Shown here piece after piece: positions 38,229-46,903 of a stretch of DNA of 64,000 nt. Location of the stretch: NCBI GenBank assembly GCA_014727915.1, contig WJMO01000007.1:33773-97772 (forward strand). The letters are read 5' to 3'. A program made the translations under genes and the position numbers. The DNA is from Candidatus Altiarchaeales archaeon (GTDB taxonomy: Archaea > Altiarchaeota > Altiarchaeia > IMC4 > SCGC-AAA252-I15). The notes beneath the pieces are model-generated. The model did not search any database and was not told the origin of the DNA. It saw only the letters and a list, made by a program, of their open reading frames with translations. The first letter of the stretch is position 1. Each line of letters begins with the position of its first letter.

Positions 38229-38564
38229 ATGGCATGTTTTTCAGCACCGTTGGCTGTGGGCATGATAACCACGGCATGCAGGAAGAGGATACCGGAAAAA
38301 TACCATATCGGATGGTTCAACACCCTTGTGCTTGGTGGTTCAGCAGGTCTGCTACTGGAGCACCTGGCAAGCGGGGAGATAGTGCCTTACCCGCCCTTTC
38401 TCACGGCGATGGCAAGCCCCGCCGAGACTGCGGTGATGGTCGCGGAGATAATGTCCATAGGCGTTCCGATGCTCCTCGCATGCGTTGGAGTATGGGGTGC
38501 TATGGTGTTAGCCGCCAACTACTTCGAGCACACGGCAAATTCCAGGGCAGAACACAGGGCGTGA
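38229..38564 (+). CDS. Small membrane protein, putative Ni-transporter subunit
   Basis: MACF N-terminus; KYHIG...GGSAGLLLEH..GEIVPYPPFLTAM. Confidence 0.75.
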   Translation: MACFSAPLAVGMITTACRKRIPEKYHIGWFNTLVLGGSAGLLLEHLASGEIVPYPPFLTAMASPAETAVMVAEIMSIGVPMLLACVGVWGAMVLAANYFEHTANSRAEHRA

Positions 38565-38611
38565 ACTGGGCATCACAGGTAAAGTTTGGCGTTTGAAAGC
38601 TGGCCTAGAGG

Positions 38612-38941
38612 TCAGATCCTTTCGAGTATCTGCTTTACCCTTCTGTCTTTTATCCTGTAGAATGCGAGCTTGCCTTTGCCGTAGCTCTCGATTATGTCAT
38701 TGTCCTTAAGTTTGGTCAGGTGTTGGCTGATGTTCGGCTGGCTCTTGCCCATAGCCTCGGATAGGACGCAGACGCAGAGGTCTTTTTCGGACAGTAGGTT
38801 GAGTATCTGGATTCTTGTGGGGTTTGCGAGTACCTTCAGGTAGTCAGCCTTCTCCCTCGCCATCTCAGGTCGGATCATGCGCTTCTTTGCTGGAGAGACC
38901 TCACACTTGCACTTTCGCATCTCCTCTTCGGTGATTGTCAT
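38612..38941 (-). CDS. arsR: ArsR/SmtB-family repressor
   Basis: KVLANPTRIQIL, LCVC alpha3 site, SQPNISQHL. Confidence 0.9.
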   Translation of the reverse strand: MTITEEEMRKCKCEVSPAKKRMIRPEMAREKADYLKVLANPTRIQILNLLSEKDLCVCVLSEAMGKSQPNISQHLTKLKDNDIIESYGKGKLAFYRIKDRRVKQILERI

Positions 38942-38967
38942 GGTAACCACTAGGTTTTTATTATATA

Positions 38968-39005
38968 AATTCATATTATCATATTCGAAATTTATTATAT
39001 GAATT
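38968..39005. promoter_or_regulatory. Putative ArsR operator
   Basis: AATTCATAT-N20-ATATGAATT, with nested TCATAT-N12-ATATGA. Confidence 0.6.
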
Positions 39006-39015
39006 GGTGGTTTTT

Positions 39016-39156
39016 ATGTCGGACGAAAAAAAAGAGGGCTTCCTGACCCGGATATTGGGTAAACTGGATAGGAAGCTGGAGGAGAAGTCAAAGGAAGGCT
39101 GCGGTTGCGAATGTGAATGCAAGGAAAAAGACGATAAGGGGTCGTGCTGCGAATGA
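39016..39156 (+). CDS. 46-aa Cys-rich putative metal(loid)-binding peptide
   Basis: MSDEKKEGFLTRILGKLDRKLEEKSKEGCGCECECKEKDDKGSCCE; ATGA overlap with the permease. Confidence 0.75.
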   Translation: MSDEKKEGFLTRILGKLDRKLEEKSKEGCGCECECKEKDDKGSCCE

Positions 39157-40097
39157 TAGAAGAGGCTGTCAACGTACTGGTATACGATATTGGGGGATTG
39201 GAAGCCCAGTCAACATTGGGGGAGACCGTGCACTTCTTCATCTACGACAGCGTGAAGATATTGCTACTGCTCTACTTCATGATAGCATTCATCGGAGTGT
39301 TCAGAACGTTCATATCCCCGTCGAGGATACGGGATTGGATGACCACCCAAACCCACGGATTAAGCTATGTGGCAGCCTCGCTCCTGGGGATCTTGACCCC
39401 TTTCTGCTCCTGCTCTTCGATCCCGATCTTCATGAGCTTCATAAAGGCCGGAGTACCCCTTGGACCCTCCTTCTCCTTCCTAGTGACCTCCCCCTTGATA
39501 AACGAGTACCTTGTCGTTTTGATGGTGGGGTTCTTCGGGTTGAGGATAACCGGGATGTACATCCTGTTCGGGATGGTCTTGGGCGTTTCAGCCGGTATGC
39601 TGGCAGGCAGACTGAACCTCGAGAAGTACATCGTGGAGGATATCAGAGGCGACAGAGACTTGGATGAGAAGAAGTACCAGGGCGTAGGAGAGAGGATTTC
39701 ATACGGAATGGAGGAGGCATCCTCCATCGTCAGGAAGCTGTGGATGTGGGTGCTGTTAGGCGTTGGGGTGGGCGCCGTGATACACGGTTACGTTCCCGAG
39801 GAGATGATCCACAACGTCCTGGAGAGGACGGGGGTGTTCTCCGTGCCCTTTGCCACGGTCGTGGGAGTGCCCATATACGCCAACTGCAGCGCGGTCGTCC
39901 CAGTAGCCGTTGTACTGTTCCAGAAGGGCGTTCCATTGGGGACGGCCCTCGCCTTCATGATGGCCACCGCAGCCCTAAGCCTTCCGGAAGCTGTGATACT
40001 CAGGAGGGTGATGAAGCTGCCGCTCATCGCGGTCTTCTTCACGATGGTGGCGGCGGGGATAATGCTAATAGGATACCTGTTCAATTTCATACAGTGA
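39153..40097 (+). CDS. ArsP/DUF318-family permease
   Basis: TPFCSCSSIP, SPLIN, GVPIY, ALSLPE. Confidence 0.92.
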   Translation: MIEEAVNVLVYDIGGLEAQSTLGETVHFFIYDSVKILLLLYFMIAFIGVFRTFISPSRIRDWMTTQTHGLSYVAASLLGILTPFCSCSSIPIFMSFIKAGVPLGPSFSFLVTSPLINEYLVVLMVGFFGLRITGMYILFGMVLGVSAGMLAGRLNLEKYIVEDIRGDRDLDEKKYQGVGERISYGMEEASSIVRKLWMWVLLGVGVGAVIHGYVPEEMIHNVLERTGVFSVPFATVVGVPIYANCSAVVPVAVVLFQKGVPLGTALAFMMATAALSLPEAVILRRVMKLPLIAVFFTMVAAGIMLIGYLFNFIQ

Positions 40098-40099
40098 AG

Positions 40100-40651
40100 A
40101 TGGCTGCCGACTTCATAGCACCGTTCATCGCCGTTGGTCTGGCAGAGTTGGGAGACAAGACCCAGTTGGCTCTGATACTGCTCTCCACCAGGACCAAAAG
40201 GCGGGTTCTACTGCTATCAGGTGCTGTGCTAGGGTTCCTCCTGGTTGATGGGGTCGCGGTGGCTGCCGGCTCATGGGTTGGCGACGCCCTCCCGAGGGAT
40301 GTTGTGAAAGCAGCGGCGGGGCTTGCGTTCATCCTATTCGGGGCGGTGATGTTGATGTCCGGTGGAGAGAACGACAGGGAGAGGATAAGGCCAGGGAACC
40401 CGTTCATTTCCTCATTCCTGCTGATCTCATTGACCGAGTTCGGAGACAAGACCCAGATAGCAGCCGGACTGTTCGCCGCACGATATAATCCCCTGATGGT
40501 GCTGGCGGGCGCGATGGCATCGTTGACGCTGCTGTCAGCAGCTGCCATAGCGTTGGGGAGCGGGCTATCTGCCAGGGTTAACCCCGAGAAGGCCAGCAGG
40601 ATAGCAGGAATGACATTCATCATCATAGGCGTTGGAACCGTCATCATCTGA
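40100..40651 (+). CDS. TMEM165/GDT1 (UPF0016) Ca/Mn exporter
   Basis: Two ExGDKTQ motifs; true start MAADF at 40100. Confidence 0.93.
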   Translation: MAADFIAPFIAVGLAELGDKTQLALILLSTRTKRRVLLLSGAVLGFLLVDGVAVAAGSWVGDALPRDVVKAAAGLAFILFGAVMLMSGGENDRERIRPGNPFISSFLLISLTEFGDKTQIAAGLFAARYNPLMVLAGAMASLTLLSAAAIALGSGLSARVNPEKASRIAGMTFIIIGVGTVII

Positions 40652-40726
40652 AACCCGCGTATGGAATCGATAAACAGGTTATCCGAGCCACAACGGATAT
40701 AAAAGAGGGGAATACCAAATCAATTT

Positions 40727-40969
40727 GTGAAATCAAGGGTGTTGATAATCTTGCTCGTATTGTCTCTTTCCCACGGGTGTATTGACATATCCGTTGGCAC
40801 GAAACCTCCGAGGGGCGATGTTGACCTGGAGAACTGCGAGCTTGTCAGGTGCTCCTATCACTTCCCCCGCCTGGACCCGTGCCTGGCGGACTCATGCTGT
40901 GAACCAGCGTACAACAAGACTGGAGATTACGTGAACTGCCGGATAAAAGCCAAGGATAATGAGGGCTGA
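40727..40969 (+). CDS. Small secreted/lipoprotein-like Cys-rich protein
   Basis: Hydrophobic N-terminus ending in GC, followed by six more Cys. Confidence 0.55.
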   Translation: MKSRVLIILLVLSLSHGCIDISVGTKPPRGDVDLENCELVRCSYHFPRLDPCLADSCCEPAYNKTGDYVNCRIKAKDNEG

Positions 40970-40971
40970 CC

Positions 40972-41931
40972 ATGGACCTTGACAAGTTGGACAGGAGGAT
41001 ACTCTACCACCTTAGCCTGGATTCCAGGAAGTCCGCAAGGGAGATCGGCAGGGAAGTGCGCGCATCCAAGGAGACCGTTAACTACCGGATAAAACGACTG
41101 GTAAATAAGGGAGTCATCAATAATTTCTTCACGTTGATGAACCTCTCATCGCTTGGATACGAGTACTACCAGGTCTTCCTGAAGATGCGCGACAACACCC
41201 CAACCACTGACAAACGCATTATAAGATTCCTCGTGGAAGACAGTAATTGCTGGAATGTTAGGTCGCTTGAGGGCGTATACGAGGTTTCCTTCACCTTCAT
41301 CGCTGAGAACCCCGGGTCGATGTGGGATTTCCTCCGGAGGTTGAACGAGAAGTTCGGAGACCACATAACAGAGGATTCAACACATACCATATTAGAGACG
41401 TATAAGATGCACCAGGTATTCTACGCTAGCAGGACGTCTAGGATGACGTCCATGAGACACTATGACATCGAAAAGAACGATTGTGACGGTCTGGACATGA
41501 GGATCATCGAGCTCACATCCAACAACGCCAGGGTTAAGGTGTCAGATATAGCAGACAGGTTAGGGGAGCCAAGCCAGAAGATCGCCTATCGGATGGAACG
41601 TCTGAGGGATGAGGGGGTGATCGTCCTTTATTCGTTCGACATGAACTACCATATGCTGGACATGGAGTCGATAATGATATGCATCTCCCTCAAGGACATG
41701 GGGTCATTCGATAACATACTCCATTTCTTTGACGCAACTAACACTTCCAGCTACGGGTACAAGCTGCTGGGCAGATACGACATATCCGTTGAGTTGCAGA
41801 TCAGGAACCCAAAGATGTTCAGGGACATCATCGGCGAATTCAAGAGAAGGTTCAACGGCGCATACTCGGATTATGACATATTCAGGACGACCCAGAGATT
41901 CCTCCTAGAGAAACCGATAATGCCTGCGTGA
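40972..41931 (+). CDS. Tandem (duplicated) Lrp/AsnC transcription regulator
   Basis: Two HTH+RAM units: LDKLDRRIL...VNYRIKRL and LDMRIIE...IAYRMERL; GxY[DE] motifs. Confidence 0.9.
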   Translation: MDLDKLDRRILYHLSLDSRKSAREIGREVRASKETVNYRIKRLVNKGVINNFFTLMNLSSLGYEYYQVFLKMRDNTPTTDKRIIRFLVEDSNCWNVRSLEGVYEVSFTFIAENPGSMWDFLRRLNEKFGDHITEDSTHTILETYKMHQVFYASRTSRMTSMRHYDIEKNDCDGLDMRIIELTSNNARVKVSDIADRLGEPSQKIAYRMERLRDEGVIVLYSFDMNYHMLDMESIMICISLKDMGSFDNILHFFDATNTSSYGYKLLGRYDISVELQIRNPKMFRDIIGEFKRRFNGAYSDYDIFRTTQRFLLEKPIMPA

Positions 41932-41972
41932 GCAGTAGTATAGTTTAAGCACCGTGGCAGCCAAGACACTAT

Positions 41973-42065
41973 TTGAAAAATATTCAACATAAAATCTATC
42001 ATTTTTTGTTTATTTTATAAAAAAATTTGTTTTTGATAAAAAATCAACCCGAAAGGTTTTTATAT
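41973..42065 (+). promoter_or_regulatory. Lrp-type 15-bp palindromes plus BRE/TATA of the large operon
   Basis: TTGAA-AAATA-TTCAA (41973-41987), TTGAT-AAAAA-ATCAA (42033-42047), then CGAAAGGTTTTTATAT about 20 nt before ATG 42086. Confidence 0.7.
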
Positions 42066-42085
42066 CGTTGGTCGTTACTCCCTAA

Positions 42086-42757
42086 ATGGTGACAGAGATG
42101 CTACGTAGTATCGAAAGCTTGAAGGGAGAAACGCTTGAGGCGGTCGACGGGCCCATAGGAACCGTCAAAGAATGCTACTTTGAAGACGACACATGGAATA
42201 TAAGATACCTTGTGGCAGACACGAGAAAATGGCTGCCTGGGAGGAAAGTCCTGATAATACCGGATGCGCTCAAGGTTGCTGAAATCGACTCCGAAAGGAT
42301 GCCCGTGAAGATGACGAAGGAACAGATCGAGAACAGCCCGGGAATAGAAGCCGACAAGCCGGTCTCACGGCAGGACGAGGAGAGGATAAGCGAATACTAC
42401 AAGTGGCCGCCCTATTGGAGCAACGGAGATGACCCGAACCTCAGGAGCACCGACGAGATAGTCGGTTATGACGTGTTCTCAAAAGAGGGGAAGTCCGGGG
42501 TGGTCGACGACCTAATAATAGACCTGAGAGATGGGATCATCAGGTATTTCGTGGTCGTCTTGGATGGTGCCAGCGGAAAGAGGGTGCTCTTATCCCCGGC
42601 ATGGGACAGCATAGAACACAACAAGAAGAAGGTGGTCTTAGATGTCGAGAGGGAGAAGATGTTGAAGGCAAGGGAGTACATGCCTGACACCGCAGTTAAC
42701 CGGGAATACGAGGAGGCGCTGTTCGACTACTACGGAAGGCTAAAGTATTGGATATGA
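42086..42757 (+). CDS. Tandem PRC-barrel protein (copy 1)
   Basis: AVDGPIG...WNIRYLVADT..WLPGRKVLI; LRS..EIVGY; FDYYG..YW. Confidence 0.9.
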   Translation: MVTEMLRSIESLKGETLEAVDGPIGTVKECYFEDDTWNIRYLVADTRKWLPGRKVLIIPDALKVAEIDSERMPVKMTKEQIENSPGIEADKPVSRQDEERISEYYKWPPYWSNGDDPNLRSTDEIVGYDVFSKEGKSGVVDDLIIDLRDGIIRYFVVVLDGASGKRVLLSPAWDSIEHNKKKVVLDVEREKMLKAREYMPDTAVNREYEEALFDYYGRLKYWI

Positions 42758-42769
42758 AAGAGGGAAGAG

Positions 42770-43135
42770 GTGGAAACGATGAAGAAAGGGAATAGGAAGG
42801 ATGAGAATCGAAGGACCAGAGTGGGGAAATACATCAGGCAAGTCCAGCATAGGCTAGGATATGACAGCTGGCGTAAGGCCTACGTGGCATTCAGAGCCGT
42901 GATAATGGCTTTGAACGACCGTGAAGCGGTCAGGACGAAGAAGAGCTTCTTGGAAGAGGTAGACAGGAACATAGGCGATAGCATGGAAACTGAGCATGTG
43001 GTTTCGGGAGTGTTCAACGTGTTGGAAGAGAAGATAGCGAACGGGGAGGTCATGGATTTCACCCCAAACCTTTCAAGCGACCTATCAGAGTACTGGCCGA
43101 TAATTGAGAACAGAGAAGGAGGTGTTTGCGCATGA
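42770..43135 (+). CDS. DUF2267-like protein, apparently internally shortened
   Basis: AY.AFRAV..AL.DR; VFNVLEEKIANGEV...L..YWP. Confidence 0.6.
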   Translation: METMKKGNRKDENRRTRVGKYIRQVQHRLGYDSWRKAYVAFRAVIMALNDREAVRTKKSFLEEVDRNIGDSMETEHVVSGVFNVLEEKIANGEVMDFTPNLSSDLSEYWPIIENREGGVCA

Positions 43136-43476
43136 GAAGCACGGTGGAGTACATAGGTTGGATATCCGAACTTGAGAAGAGCGCCAGGAACAGGATCTCA
43201 AAGGATGACAGACCCCGAAGAAAGGGGATTTTGCAGCACACCTGGGAGGGGATACCCTTCCTCCGGAAGAACAACGGGGAAAAGCTGCAGATCAGAAGAC
43301 CCACAAAGATCCTCTGGAGGATATGCGACGGAAAGCGGAACGTCAGGGAGATATCAGAGGACCTGGCCACGTCGATCGGAATTTCCGACAAGCCAGGAGA
43401 GGTCGAGTCCGCAGTAATAGAGAGCATAAGGAAGCTGAACAGAGCAGGGCTGATCGAAGTCGGTAAAAACAGTTAA
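43132..43476 (+). CDS. PqqD/RRE-like winged-helix protein
   Basis: ILWRICDGKRNVREISEDL...IRKLNRAGLIE. Confidence 0.75.
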   Translation: MRSTVEYIGWISELEKSARNRISKDDRPRRKGILQHTWEGIPFLRKNNGEKLQIRRPTKILWRICDGKRNVREISEDLATSIGISDKPGEVESAVIESIRKLNRAGLIEVGKNS

Positions 43477-43491
43477 AAAAGAGGTGAGATA

Positions 43492-43785
43492 ATGGCAAAC
43501 GTAAAGAAGAGGAACGGTTCAACAGAACCATATGATGCGGAGAAGGTGAAGGCGTCCGTAAAGAAGGCCTTCATCGACGCTGGAGAGACGATCGAGGACA
43601 GGAAGGATCTGATAGAGAAGATCGCGAAGGAAGTGACGGACGACGTTAAGGAGAAGGGCGAGGAGACAACGGAGGCAATAAAGGACAAGGTAGTCTCGTC
43701 CCTGGACGGTGCTGAGTCCAAGGCAGGTGAAGCCTGGAGGAAGTTCGACAAGAAGTACAAGTCCGTAAAAAATGAGGAGAGATAA
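43492..43785 (+). CDS. Stand-alone ATP-cone protein
   Basis: VKKRNGSTEPYDAEKV...TTEAIKDKV. Confidence 0.88.
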   Translation: MANVKKRNGSTEPYDAEKVKASVKKAFIDAGETIEDRKDLIEKIAKEVTDDVKEKGEETTEAIKDKVVSSLDGAESKAGEAWRKFDKKYKSVKNEER

Positions 43786-43996
43786 CGTTTTGCGGTGCAG
43801 CGAGCTCACCGGCCTCTCATGCCCCTACGTGGCGGTGGGAAGCGCCAGCAAGGTGAAGCATGACGTTTTGGCCCACGCCAACGAAGAACACCCTGACATC
43901 GCGAGTACGATGAGCAGTAGAGGGGTCGATAACATGATGGAGAAGGCAGAGAGGATTCTCGGAAAGGGAGGTGATGAAGGTGTTAAGGAGCCTTAA
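43772..43996 (+). CDS. DUF1059-like small metal-binding protein
   Basis: C-x7-C ... HANEEH. Confidence 0.65.
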   Translation: MRRDNVLRCSELTGLSCPYVAVGSASKVKHDVLAHANEEHPDIASTMSSRGVDNMMEKAERILGKGGDEGVKEP

Positions 43997-44667
43997 GGAC
44001 CTGGAAGGGCATGTGATGGAGGCAAAGGACGGCGAAGTAAGGTCTGTGGATGACTTCCTCTTCGACGATCTTGCGTGGACTGTGAGGTACCTGGTGGCGA
44101 ACACGGGAGAGTGGCTTCCGGAGAGGCAGGTGCTGATATCGCCGGTCGCGCTGGGCAAGCCCCCCAAGGGGGGGGTGGTACCAGAGGAAGCTGCCTGTGA
44201 ATCTCACGAAGGAGCAGATAGAGAAGAGCCCAAGCATAGAGGCGGATAAGCCGGTCAGCCGCCAGTACGAGGCGGAGCTGATACCCTATTACGGTTGGCC
44301 CATCTACTGGCAGACTGAGGAGGGAGACCCCCATCTTAGGAGCATGAAGGAGGTATTCGGCTACAACCTCAAAGCCTTGGACGGGGAGATCGGCCATGCC
44401 GAAGACCTGATAATCGATGACGAGACCTGGACTGTCAGGTACATGGCAGTGGACACGAGCAACTGGAACCCCCTGAGCAAGAGCGTTCTGATCTCGACGG
44501 GATGGATAACCGGGATAGACGCGAACTCAAGGTTCGTAAACGTGGACGTGACAAAAGAGCAGGTCGAGAATTCTCCGGAGTACGACCCAGGGCAGCCGAT
44601 AAACCGGGAGAATGAGACGGTACTGTTCGACTACTATGGCAGAGCCAGATACTGGGAGGGTAAGTGA
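43980..44667 (+). pseudogene. Tandem PRC-barrel protein (copy 2), frameshifted at a C6-AA-G8 tract
   Basis: ORFs 43971-44249 and 44197-44667 are consecutive parts collinear with copy 3; frame breaks at 44160-44175. Confidence 0.85.
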
Positions 44668-44672
44668 ATAGG

Positions 44673-45182
44673 ATGAAAGCTTTGATAATGAGCGAGGAAG
44701 GTTTCGAAGACAGTGAAGTGCTGGCCCCATACTACCGCCTACTTGAGGCGGGTTTGGAGGTGGACGTGGCTGCCATCAGCAAAGGCCCGATAACCGGGAA
44801 ACACGGGTACCAGGTGGAAGCGAACACGACCTTCAAGAAGGTCAGGCCTGGAGATTATTCGGCCCTCATAATACCGGGAGGCAGGGCTCCTGAGAGGGTG
44901 CGGATCTCCAAGGATGCTCTGAGGACCGTGAAACAGTTCATGAAGGACGATATGCTGGTGGCCAGCATATGCCACGGACCCCAGGTGATGATCTCAGCGG
45001 GCGTGTTGGACGGCCGTAAGGGCACCGGGTGGAAGGGGATACAGGACGACATGAAGGCCGCGGGGGTGCGAGTCATGGACAAGGAGGTCGTGGTCGACGG
45101 GAACTGGATCTCGTCAAGGCAGCCCGAGGACCTGCCCGCCTTCAACCGAGAAATAATGAACGCAATAGGAATCGTAAAATAA
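44673..45182 (+). CDS. pfpI: PfpI/DJ-1 family protease/glyoxalase
   Basis: GFEDSE, IIPGG, ASICHGP, SRQPEDLPAF. Confidence 0.95.
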   Translation: MKALIMSEEGFEDSEVLAPYYRLLEAGLEVDVAAISKGPITGKHGYQVEANTTFKKVRPGDYSALIIPGGRAPERVRISKDALRTVKQFMKDDMLVASICHGPQVMISAGVLDGRKGTGWKGIQDDMKAAGVRVMDKEVVVDGNWISSRQPEDLPAFNREIMNAIGIVK

Positions 45183-45203
45183 AAGGATATGAGGTGATTT
45201 GAA

Positions 45204-45398
45204 ATGTTTGACAACCACACGTACAATCTGATGGCTCAGATCGTGGAGGAGCATCAGAGCCTGTGGAGGATAAAGAACCACTACAAGAACGAAGCGGGAG
45301 ACTGCGACGACTGCAAGAGGTTCTGGGATAAGATGGAGAAGGACAAGGAAGGCCACATACGGGAGATAGCAGAGCTCCTGAAAACCCACTTAGGATAA
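45204..45398 (+). CDS. Small two-helix ferritin-like protein
   Basis: EEH..LWRI...Y..EA..CDDC...DKEGH. Confidence 0.65.
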   Translation: MFDNHTYNLMAQIVEEHQSLWRIKNHYKNEAGDCDDCKRFWDKMEKDKEGHIREIAELLKTHLG

Positions 45399-45408
45399 GG
45401 AGGAGGGC

Positions 45409-46086
45409 ATGGTTTTTAAATACGCGAGGATCAGCCGCGTGGAAAGGCAGGTGTTGGAAGTCCCGGAAGAGCCCAGGCTATTGGATGTGATAAAGCGCAG
45501 GAGGAGCGTTAGGGAGTTCGAGCCCACTGCGAGGTTGTCGGATTATGATCTGGACTATCTTATTGAGGCTGCCAGGTGGGCTCCCTCCGCCAGGAACCTG
45601 CAGCCGATAGAGTATGTCATAATAAGATCCCCGGATAGGAAGGGGATGCTGGCCGAAGCTTCGAGACAGTCTCAGCCGGAGCAGGCCTCAGCCTGCATAC
45701 TTGCGGTGGGGGATTTATGGAGGGCCAGCATGGTAGGGGATGTGAGCTCCCATGACGTCACGACAAGGGAGAAGGGGTTGAACTGGTTCATATACATGGA
45801 CTGTGCTGCGGCGGTGCAGAACATGCTCTTGGCTGCGAACTCAAGGGACATCGATTCCCTTTGGATCAGCAGCTTCGACGACAGCAGGGTAAAAGAGGAT
45901 TTCGGGCTGCCTGAAAGGTTCCACCCCCTTGCGATAGTATGCCTGGGTAGCAGGAGACAGGAGCCGGAAACCCCCCCAAAGAGGGATAAAGAGGAGATAG
46001 TCCACTTCGAGGAGTGGAAGCCCAAGGAAGTGGACGATGCTTACCTTGAGTATAGCGGAAGTATAAACGAGGACAGTGCACGATGA
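45409..46086 (+). CDS. Nitroreductase family protein
   Basis: RRSVREF, WAPSARNLQP, AAVQNMLLAA. Confidence 0.92.
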   Translation: MVFKYARISRVERQVLEVPEEPRLLDVIKRRRSVREFEPTARLSDYDLDYLIEAARWAPSARNLQPIEYVIIRSPDRKGMLAEASRQSQPEQASACILAVGDLWRASMVGDVSSHDVTTREKGLNWFIYMDCAAAVQNMLLAANSRDIDSLWISSFDDSRVKEDFGLPERFHPLAIVCLGSRRQEPETPPKRDKEEIVHFEEWKPKEVDDAYLEYSGSINEDSAR

Positions 46087-46874
46087 GCAACGCAGAAGGG
46101 ACGGAGGAGATAGGAAAGGCTTTGGCCAAGGGTAGGAGGCAGGTGCTGATGTCGATCATCTTGTGGGGAGGGTTTCTGCTGTCAATATTCGTGGTCTTTG
46201 GTCTGATAATGGCGGGTAGGGGGGAGGGACCGCCTGGAACACGCGAGGTTGTGACCTCTACTACGATCAATGATAAGAGTACAACGACTACGGCAGAATA
46301 TGATAAGGGCACGGATTCGGAATTTGATGAAGATAATGGAACAGAGGATGTCAACACTCTTGGAGACACTGGAGTGAACGCGCCATGCTGCGAGACGGAC
46401 GCCGACTGCATCGCGGTTAAAGCAGACTGCTGCGGATGCCAGTTGGGTGGCAGGCAGAAGGCGGTATCCAGGTTCGAGCGTGCGGAATACCTGAATGATT
46501 TGAACGGAAGATGCGATATCACGGAATGCCCTTTCGTGAACTCGACTCACAGGACCTGCTATTCGACGCCCATGTGCATAAACGGATCCTGTGTGATGGT
46601 GTTCCAGGAGGATGCCGTGAGGGGCTTGGAGAGGGATAGCTGCCGTTTCCAGTGCATGATCAAAGGATATGATAACGGTTTCTGCAGGGACAACGGGATG
46701 GAATGCAGGATGAACGACGAGATAGTATACGAGTACGGTAACAGGTTCTGCGAGGACCGGCGGTTGGACATATGCTGCTGCAGCAACAGAACCTATGCGG
46801 GGGAGGTCGACGTGGAGTATGCTATCGAGGCCGCTCAGCAGAGGTACTATGAAAAGCCGAGCGTAGAACCATAG
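46083..46874 (+). CDS. Membrane-anchored Cys-cluster protein
   Basis: TM, Thr linker, CETDADC...DCCGC..GG module and a second Cys module ending CCC. Confidence 0.75.
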   Translation: MSNAEGTEEIGKALAKGRRQVLMSIILWGGFLLSIFVVFGLIMAGRGEGPPGTREVVTSTTINDKSTTTTAEYDKGTDSEFDEDNGTEDVNTLGDTGVNAPCCETDADCIAVKADCCGCQLGGRQKAVSRFERAEYLNDLNGRCDITECPFVNSTHRTCYSTPMCINGSCVMVFQEDAVRGLERDSCRFQCMIKGYDNGFCRDNGMECRMNDEIVYEYGNRFCEDRRLDICCCSNRTYAGEVDVEYAIEAAQQRYYEKPSVEP

Positions 46875-46903
46875 ACAATTCGCTAAAAGATGGAGGTGAT
46901 ATT

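Noticed and set aside
39740-40099. N-terminal extension of the 303-aa ORF
   Set aside because: It is an off-frame overlap with arsP; the GDT1 protein starts at 40100
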